NCBI GenBank assembly: GCA_963666735.1
Contig: OY762926.1
Coordinates: 448,001 to 512,000 of the forward strand
DNA from: Gemmatimonadota bacterium
Lineage (GTDB): Bacteria; Gemmatimonadota; Gemmatimonadetes; Palauibacterales; Palauibacteraceae
Direction of reading: 5' to 3'
DNA: 64,000 nt
The notes below the pieces were generated by a model that saw nothing but the letters and a program-made list of their open reading frames with translations, ran no database searches and was not told where the DNA came from. The position numbers and the translations under genes are program-made. Shown here in pieces: positions 57,441 to 64,000 of the stretch; positions within the stretch are counted from its first letter, which is position 1; each line of letters starts with the position of its first letter.

Positions 57441-58916
57441 ATGAAGATGGCCAGCCAGTATCATCGCGCCGGAAGCAGGGTCTCCGCGGCTCGCGCCGCG
57501 CCCGCGGTGCTCGCCACCCTCGCGGTCGTGGCGGCCGGGTTCGCCGATGCGCTGGCCGCGCAGAGCTATGATCGGCTGTCCGAGGAAACCCGCGCCTACG
57601 TCGCCGTGCGGGGGCCGGCCGTGGCGCTCGAACACGTCCGCGTGATCGACGGCACCGGCGGCCCGGCGCTCGAGGATCAGACGGTGCTGCTCCGCGACGG
57701 GCGGATCGCCGCCGTGGGCCCCGCCTCGTCCGTCTCGGTACCGGAGGACGCGGATCGTCACGACCTGGGCGGCCACACGGTGATCCCCGGGATGGTCGGC
57801 ATGCACGACCATCTGTTTTACACCTCCGTCGGGGGACGGCGCGTGCAGCTCGGCTACAGCGCGCCGCGGCTCTACCTCGGCTCCGGCGTCACGACGATCC
57901 GCACGACGGGGAGCTTCACGCCCTACGCGGATGTCCACCTGAAGGACGCGGTCGACCGCGGCGACTCACCGGGCCCCCGCATCCACATCACGGCACCGTA
58001 CATCACCGGCTCGACGGGCTCGCCCCACCAGGCCCGCATGACCTCCCCCGAACAGGCACGGCGCTTCGTCGAATACTGGGCGGAGGAGGGGGCCACGTGG
58101 GTGAAGGCGTACACATCGATCGGGAGCGCCGAACTCGGAGCGGCGATCGAGGAGGCGCACCGTCTGGGCCTCCGCGTCACCGGACACCTGTGTTCGGTGA
58201 GCTTCCAGGAGGCCGTCGCGCTCGGAATCGACAACCTCGAGCACGGGATGCTCACGGCGTCCGATTTCGTGCCGGAGAAGGAGCCCGACCGCTGTCCCGG
58301 CAACATCATGCAGCGGGCCGGGGGCTCGGATCCCACGGGACCCATCGCGCGGGAGACGATCGAGGCGATGGTGGAGGCCGGGGTGGGGCTCACCGCCACG
58401 CTCGCGGTCTACGAGGCTTTCTTCCCCGACCGCGACGTCGTGGATGAGCGCACGCTCGAGCTGATGGCTCCGGACCTTCGGGAAGCGTACCTCGATGAGC
58501 GCGGGCGCATTCAGGAGATCGGGCCGGATCCTGAGAATTTCCGGAACGAACTGCGTTTCGAGAAAGCGTTCGTGGACGCGGGCGGGCTGCTCGCCGCGGG
58601 CGTCGACCCGACCGGCAACGGGGGAGCTCTGCCGGGTTTCGGGAACCAGCGGAACTTCGAGCTTCTGCTGGAGGCCGGACTCTCGGCGGTGCAGGCCGTG
58701 CAGGTGGTGAGCGCCAACGGCGCGAGGATCCTCGGCATGGACGACGAACTCGGCACCGTGGAGGCCGGGAAGGTGGCCGACCTCATCGTCCTGAACGGCG
58801 ATCCCGCGAGCGATCCGGGAGCGATTCGCGCGGTTCGCTGGGTGTTCAAGGACGGCGTCGGATACGATTCCCGCGCGCTGATTCAGGCGACACGGGGCCT
58901 CGTCGGGATCCGATGA
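57441..58916 (+). CDS. Secreted amidohydrolase family protein (tandem paralog)
   Basis: [32 protein letters not shown]. Confidence 0.9.
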   Translation: MKMASQYHRAGSRVSAARAAPAVLATLAVVAAGFADALAAQSYDRLSEETRAYVAVRGPAVALEHVRVIDGTGGPALEDQTVLLRDGRIAAVGPASSVSVPEDADRHDLGGHTVIPGMVGMHDHLFYTSVGGRRVQLGYSAPRLYLGSGVTTIRTTGSFTPYADVHLKDAVDRGDSPGPRIHITAPYITGSTGSPHQARMTSPEQARRFVEYWAEEGATWVKAYTSIGSAELGAAIEEAHRLGLRVTGHLCSVSFQEAVALGIDNLEHGMLTASDFVPEKEPDRCPGNIMQRAGGSDPTGPIARETIEAMVEAGVGLTATLAVYEAFFPDRDVVDERTLELMAPDLREAYLDERGRIQEIGPDPENFRNELRFEKAFVDAGGLLAAGVDPTGNGGALPGFGNQRNFELLLEAGLSAVQAVQVVSANGARILGMDDELGTVEAGKVADLIVLNGDPASDPGAIRAVRWVFKDGVGYDSRALIQATRGLVGIR

Positions 58917-59587
58917 CGGAGGGCGGTGCGTATCGTCCGGTGCCGCTGGCGACGTTCACGCGGCGCGAGGAGGAGGAAATGGTCCGTTGTGCGCGGGCCT
59001 TCCGCGATGAGATGCGACGTCGCCGGACGGTCCGCGAGTACTCCGGCGACCCTGTCCCCGCGGAGGTCATCGATGCCTGCATCGAGGCAGCGGGAACGGC
59101 CCCCAACGGCGCGAACCGGCAACCGTGGCACTTCGTCGTCGTGCGCGACCCCGAGGTGAAGCGCCGGATCCGGGCGGAGGCGGAGAAGGAAGAGCGGGAT
59201 TTCTACGCACATCGTGCGCCGGCCGCGTGGCTGGAGGCGCTCGCCCACCTCGGAACGGACGAACGCAAGCCGTTCCTGGAGACGGCGCCCGCCCTCATCG
59301 CGATCTTCGCGGAGAGTTACGAAATGCGCGGCGAGGAGAAGCTCAAGAACTACTACGTGACGGAATCCGTCGGCATCGCCACGGGAATTCTCATCACGGC
59401 GCTGCACCACGCGGGGCTCGCCACCCTCACCCACACGCCGAGCCCCATGGGCTTTCTGAACAGGGTGCTCGACCGTCCCCCGAACGAGCGCCCCTTCCTG
59501 CTGCTCGTCGTGGGCTACCCCGCGGAGGACGCGCTCGTCCCCCAAATCACCAAGAAGCCGCTGGACCGCATCGCCTCCCGCCGTTAG
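58913..59587 (+). CDS. Nitroreductase family, iodotyrosine deiodinase-like
   Basis: [52 protein letters not shown]. Confidence 0.85.
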   Translation: MTEGGAYRPVPLATFTRREEEEMVRCARAFRDEMRRRRTVREYSGDPVPAEVIDACIEAAGTAPNGANRQPWHFVVVRDPEVKRRIRAEAEKEERDFYAHRAPAAWLEALAHLGTDERKPFLETAPALIAIFAESYEMRGEEKLKNYYVTESVGIATGILITALHHAGLATLTHTPSPMGFLNRVLDRPPNERPFLLLVVGYPAEDALVPQITKKPLDRIASRR

Positions 59588-60654
59588 CCGGCGCCGGGGG
59601 ACGGGCCCCGGGCGTCGAGGAACCGTTGGGCGCGCCGCCGGGCCGCGTGAAGCGGCGATGCATCGGCGGTGGCTGCCTCCTCGAACATCTCTCGCAGTGA
59701 CGACCCGATCTCGTCGACGCGGGCCCGAAGCCGGCCCTCGTCCCGCTCGCCCTGATGGATGGTGGCGAAGGCCACCGCCCCGCCCGCGTTGATCACGTAG
59801 TCGGGGGCGTAGAGGATCCCGCGCTCGTGCAGCCCTTCCGCGTCGGCTTCCGAGAGGAGCTGGTTGTTCGCGGAACCGGCGACGATCCGGCAGCGCAGAC
59901 GCGGGATCGTGTCGGGGTTCAGTGTCGCCCCCACCGCGCACGGAGCGTACACGTCGACGTCCAGGTCCCACATGTCATCGAGGGGGACGACCTTGCCCCC
60001 GAATCGTGCCTGGGCGCGCCGCGCGGCGGCTTCACGGAGGTCCGTCAGGTAGAGCGCGGCCCCGGCGCCGGCCAGCAGCCCGGCGAGCGGGAGACCAGCG
60101 CCGCCAAGCCCCTGGATGAGCACGGAACGGGCGTTGAGGTTCGCCTCGCCGAACCGGTGTTCGAGCGCGGTCCGCATCCCGGCGAGCACACCGCGCGCCG
60201 TATACGGCCCAGGATCGCCCGGCTCTCCGTCGATGAGGCCGACGGCGTATCCGGAGATGGCTCCGATCCGGGCCATGTCGTCCGGCGTCGTGCCGAGATC
60301 CACGCCGGTCTGAAAGGCGCCGCGGAGCGACACGAGCCGCGCCGCGTAGCGGTCGATCAGGCCTGCGCGGGCTTCGTCGCCCAGGTCGTCCGGGACGGCA
60401 ATGACTGCCTTCCCCCCGCCGAACCGAATGCCGGCGCTCGCCCATTTGCAGGTCATGCCCTCGGCAAGGCGCATGGCGTCGACCAGGCCCTCGACCGGCG
60501 CCGGATAGGCGGCCATGCGGGTCCCTCCGGCGGCTGGACCCAGCCGCGTATCGTGCAGGGCGACGAATATCCAGGCCCCCGTGGCGGAGTCGAACGCGGT
60601 GACGACGGACTCGCCGTCCCACGCCTCCATGACGTCGAGATAGCTGCGGGTCAT
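59584..60654 (-). CDS. Leu/Phe/Val dehydrogenase
   Basis: [40 protein letters not shown]. Confidence 0.92.
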   Translation of the reverse strand: MTRSYLDVMEAWDGESVVTAFDSATGAWIFVALHDTRLGPAAGGTRMAAYPAPVEGLVDAMRLAEGMTCKWASAGIRFGGGKAVIAVPDDLGDEARAGLIDRYAARLVSLRGAFQTGVDLGTTPDDMARIGAISGYAVGLIDGEPGDPGPYTARGVLAGMRTALEHRFGEANLNARSVLIQGLGGAGLPLAGLLAGAGAALYLTDLREAAARRAQARFGGKVVPLDDMWDLDVDVYAPCAVGATLNPDTIPRLRCRIVAGSANNQLLSEADAEGLHERGILYAPDYVINAGGAVAFATIHQGERDEGRLRARVDEIGSSLREMFEEAATADASPLHAARRRAQRFLDARGPSPGAG

Positions 60655-60746
60655 GCATTCTCCGGGTTCGATTCGTACACCAGCGGGTGCACCGGCGGGT
60701 GCGCGAGCGCGGTCAGACTATCGCGCGCCGCCCGCCCGGGCGACAT

Positions 60747-60772
60747 TGGAACATGTGGGACGCGATCGCGTA
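60747..60772 (+). promoter_or_regulatory. Putative ECF-sigma promoter TGGAAC-N16-CGTA
   Basis: Upstream of the gene at 60821, with the same architecture as the 7968 and 12804 sites. Confidence 0.5.
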
Positions 60773-60820
60773 TCGGTGCTCGGGAGGAAAGACGGCGACG
60801 ACCGACCGGGAGATGATGGG

Positions 60821-61417
60821 ATGACGACACTGTTCTTCGGAGATATGCTGCCCCCGTCGCCTGCAGCCGAGAGTCGCCGCGAACACGTCCTCGTCGGTAC
60901 CGCAACTCCCCTCAAGCTCGATGTCCGGCCGATCGAGCACCACCTGACGCCCCGAGGCAGTATCTGCATAGGGACCTTTCACGAGGACAAGCCGATCGGG
61001 CGCTGCGCCATCCCCGGCGACAGCGTGAAGGACTTCCTCGAGATGGATCTCTTCGACAGGCCGGTCGCGCTCGCGCTGAACGTCCGCAGGGGCGGACCGG
61101 GCGTGGAAGGCAGCATCCTCGCGCTTGTACCGATGGACCGGGCGTCGCCGGGGGGGTCGGAGCGGGATGAGCCGTGGAGGGCCAGCGTCCCCGGGGCAGC
61201 GTACGACGACGCGATCAAGGCGGGCGGCGGCGACTCCGGGTCCACTCAGCTGGTCGGGATCTTCCTCGGCGAGGTCGTGCGGTTCGAGGGCGACCGGCGC
61301 GAGCCGGCGTCGATGCTCCGCGAAGCCGCCGACATGCTGGCGTGCGTCATCCGCGGGCAGGTGGACAGCGTCGGCGGCCGTGTGATCGAAGACCTGACGG
61401 CGCGCCCCGAGGGCTGA
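60821..61417 (+). CDS. Hypothetical protein
   Basis: GC3-rich ORF with a GGAG RBS (start approximate). No family recognised. Confidence 0.7.
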   Translation: MTTLFFGDMLPPSPAAESRREHVLVGTATPLKLDVRPIEHHLTPRGSICIGTFHEDKPIGRCAIPGDSVKDFLEMDLFDRPVALALNVRRGGPGVEGSILALVPMDRASPGGSERDEPWRASVPGAAYDDAIKAGGGDSGSTQLVGIFLGEVVRFEGDRREPASMLREAADMLACVIRGQVDSVGGRVIEDLTARPEG

Positions 61418-61421
61418 ACGA

Positions 61422-62009
61422 ATGACCGGCGGCCGGCCGCGCTGCGGCTGGGCGGGCTCCGAAGCGGAGATGGTCGCCTATCACGACACGGAGTGGGGCG
61501 TACCGGTCTTCGATGATCGGCGCCACTTCGAATTCCTCGTCCTCGATGGGTTCCAGGCCGGTCTCTCATGGGCGGTGATCCTGCGCAAGCGGGAAGCGTT
61601 TCGCGCCGCGTTCAGCGATTTCGATCCAGTTGCCGTGTCGTCATTTGTGGAAGATGACATAAGGCGGCTTCAAGCCGATGCCTCGATCGTTCGAAACCGC
61701 CTGAAGATCGAGGCCACGATTGCGAATGCGGCTCGCCTGCTCGACGTCCAGAAGGAATTCGGCACCTTCGACGCCTTCATCTGGTCGTTCACCGGGGGGC
61801 GTACGATCCGGAACCGCTGGTCGTCGATGGCCGAAGTTCCCGCGCACACGCGAGAGTCGGAGCGCATGTCGAAGGAGTTGCGCCGACGGGGTTTTCGCTT
61901 CGTGGGACCGACGATCTGCTACGCGTACATGCAGGCGGCCGGGATGGTCAACGACCACGCGACATCGTGCTTCCGGCACGCGGAAGTCAGGACAGTGGCT
62001 CGCCGCTGA
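61422..62009 (+). CDS. tag: DNA-3-methyladenine glycosylase I
   Basis: RCGW, YHDTEWG, FQAGLSW, IVRNRLKI, GFRFVGPT, MQAAGMVNDH...C. Confidence 0.95.
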   Translation: MTGGRPRCGWAGSEAEMVAYHDTEWGVPVFDDRRHFEFLVLDGFQAGLSWAVILRKREAFRAAFSDFDPVAVSSFVEDDIRRLQADASIVRNRLKIEATIANAARLLDVQKEFGTFDAFIWSFTGGRTIRNRWSSMAEVPAHTRESERMSKELRRRGFRFVGPTICYAYMQAAGMVNDHATSCFRHAEVRTVARR

Positions 62010-63051
62010 AGCAGACCGCCGTTCCCGGGCGACACCGGCAGGAAGTCCGCCGAGGCAGGGGCGGGGAGTCGATGCCGAGCGCCGCCAGCGCCAGGTCGGC
62101 AAGCACGCCGGCGAACGCTTCATCGTCGTGCGGCACGGCGACGCGGCGAAACTCGAGGCCGAGTGCGGCGGCGTGCCCGGCGAGATCCACGTCCAGTTCC
62201 ATCAACGTCTCGGACTGCTCGTGCATGAAGCTGACGGGGTCGACGAGGACCCTTGCGACGCCCGGGAGGTCCTCCAGCGCCGTCTCGATGTCCGGCGGGG
62301 TCCATTCGATCCCTCGGTTCGTGTGGTTCTGGTAGCCGAGGGTCCACGTGTCCACGCCCAGGGCGTGCGACTGCGTCGCGCACCACTCCTCGACGTATTC
62401 GACGTAGCGGCTGCCTTCCGAGATGTACCGCAGCGGGGTGCCATGGGCGCTGAACACGACGCGGACGCCCGGGTCGGTCAGGCTCCAGCCCGCTTCCGCG
62501 GCGGCGCGGCGGATCGCGTCGGCTCGAAGTCGGGCGTAGCCGGGATGGCGATGCCATCCGGTCACGCCGCGCACCTCGGGGCGCCATCCGATTCGATCGA
62601 GCGCGGCCTCCACCTCGGCCAGCGCCGCGACGGTGGTCGAAGGGCCGCAGAGCGGATACACGGGCAGAGGGACAAGCGCCGGGGCGCGAGTCGCGCGCAG
62701 GCGCCGCAGCGCCTCTTCGATCGACGGTTCGGTGAACTGCATCCCCACGGTCACGCGCATCGGGTGGCCTCGGGCCTTCAGCGCCCGGTCGAGCGCCTTG
62801 GCCTGCGCCTTCGCCTGCGCGTCGAGCGGTGAGCCGCCGATCCGTTCGTAGACCTCGAGCAGGCCGGGTGTCCGCCGCCGCGCGAGTTCGCGGCTTCGCG
62901 CACGGGCCGCCGCCCGGTCCGCGTGCGGCTCGAGCCGCGCGTTGGCGAGGAAGATCCGTTCCAGGAAGCGGGTGACGGCGCTCGGGTCCGCTCCCTGCGG
63001 CTCACCGAAGTTCAGGAGGAGGACGGCGGGTGGGGGGGTGGAGTTCGGCAT
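61987..63051 (-). CDS. hemH: Ferrochelatase
   Basis: LLLNFGEP, YERIGGSP, FSAHG, WTPP, ETLMELD. Confidence 0.9.
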   Translation of the reverse strand: MPNSTPPPAVLLLNFGEPQGADPSAVTRFLERIFLANARLEPHADRAAARARSRELARRRTPGLLEVYERIGGSPLDAQAKAQAKALDRALKARGHPMRVTVGMQFTEPSIEEALRRLRATRAPALVPLPVYPLCGPSTTVAALAEVEAALDRIGWRPEVRGVTGWHRHPGYARLRADAIRRAAAEAGWSLTDPGVRVVFSAHGTPLRYISEGSRYVEYVEEWCATQSHALGVDTWTLGYQNHTNRGIEWTPPDIETALEDLPGVARVLVDPVSFMHEQSETLMELDVDLAGHAAALGLEFRRVAVPHDDEAFAGVLADLALAALGIDSPPLPRRTSCRCRPGTAVCFSGEPLS

Positions 63052-63144
63052 CGCTCGAACCTATCGGGGCGGTCCCCGGCTTGCCCGTGCCGGAAGGGTT
63101 CGGAACGTTGCCGCCTCGTGGCGGGAGCCCGGAAGGGGGGAGGC

Positions 63145-64000
63145 ATGCGGGTCGGAATCATCGGCGGAGGGATCACCGGGCTGGCGCTCACGCACGCGCT
63201 GGCGCGGCGCGGCGTCGACTCGATCCTGTTCGAGGCGTCCGATGACGTCGGAGGAGTGATCCGCACCTCGGTTCACGACGGCCGGATCGTCGAACTCGGC
63301 CCGCAGCGCACTCGACTTGCGCCCACCGTGCGCCGGCTCGTCGACGAACTGGAGCTTCACGAGGAGGTTCTGGAGGCGCGGCCCGGGGCGCGTCTGTTCA
63401 TCTGGGCCCGCGGCCGCCTGCGAACCGTGCCGCACCGGCCGCGCGGGCTCCTGACGGGCGACCTGCTTTCGCCGGCGGGGCGTACCCGCGCCGCCCTCGA
63501 GCCCTTCACCCGGGGACTTCGGCCGCGGGAGTCCGTGGCCCGCTACTTCCGCCGCAAGGCCGGACGCGAGGCGTACGAGCGACTCTTCGGTCCCCTCGTT
63601 TCGGCGACCTTCGGATCGGATCCGGAGACGATGCCGGCCGCGCGCGTCCTTCCGATGCTGCTCGAGCCGCTGGGCGTGAAGCGCAGCCTGCTCGCGGCCG
63701 CTCGGCGCCGGGGGCCCGCCGCCGCGCCGCCCGCGTTCACCTTTCGGGCGGGGATGGCCACGCTGCCGCACGCCATCGCGAGGCGACACGCGAGCCGGAT
63801 TCGGATCGCGGCGCCGGTCACGGAGCTTCGACGCTCCGGCGGTCGGTTCGAGATCGCCCACGGGGGCCGGCGCCCGGATTCCCACACCGTGGACCAGGTG
63901 GCGATCACGACGCCGGCACCGGCCGCCGCCGTCCTTCTGAGGGGCGTTGCGCCCGGGGCTGCCGACCGTCTCGCGGGGCTGCGGTATCACCGCGTGGCCG
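63145..64000 (+). CDS. hemY: Proto/coproporphyrinogen oxidase (HemY type), truncated by window end
   Basis: Not in the ORF track. GGAGG RBS, then MRVGIIGGGITGL..FEASDDVGG..ELGP..ESVA..F..GM..LP. Divergent from the ferrochelatase. Confidence 0.88.
   Translation, partial: MRVGIIGGGITGLALTHALARRGVDSILFEASDDVGGVIRTSVHDGRIVELGPQRTRLAPTVRRLVDELELHEEVLEARPGARLFIWARGRLRTVPHRPRGLLTGDLLSPAGRTRAALEPFTRGLRPRESVARYFRRKAGREAYERLFGPLVSATFGSDPETMPAARVLPMLLEPLGVKRSLLAAARRRGPAAAPPAFTFRAGMATLPHAIARRHASRIRIAAPVTELRRSGGRFEIAHGGRRPDSHTVDQVAITTPAPAAAVLLRGVAPGAADRLAGLRYHRVA

Noticed and set aside
60661..60682. GGGTTCGATTC...CACCA, resembling a tRNA 3' end or att site
   Set aside because: The T-stem cannot pair (CCGGG vs CGTAC), there is no cloverleaf, and no integrase is nearby.

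Overview
This is a high-GC, gene-dense chromosomal window with about 57 CDS. I found no rRNA, tRNA, CRISPR array, transposase or prophage. The gene set resembles Gemmatimonadota (inference only). It runs from the 3' end of recQ to the 5' part of hemY and includes a PQQ dehydrogenase operon, lepB, a CzcBA-type RND efflux pair, a GltD-like/KorAB 2-oxoacid oxidoreductase operon, pgi, fhs, a PIG-L/SSS operon, a multicopper oxidase, tandem amidohydrolases, an iodotyrosine-deiodinase-like nitroreductase, tag and ferrochelatase. The most notable observations are: (1) an ECF sigma factor coupled to a soluble zinc anti-sigma (ZAS) domain fused to an Ogt alkyltransferase, a candidate Ada-independent alkylation-sensing switch; (2) an AhpD-like gene split by an in-frame UGA in a CxxU motif with an adjacent SECIS-like hairpin; (3) an NCS2 permease fused to a degenerate RsbW-like domain; (4) a Fur-boxed, frameshifted CbiX-like lipoprotein; (5) an unannotated 20-aa cationic peptide; (6) three copies of a TG(A/G)AAC-N16/17-CGTA ECF-type promoter; (7) a protein with a duplicated unknown domain. 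All family calls come from motif recognition by eye, not from database searches.
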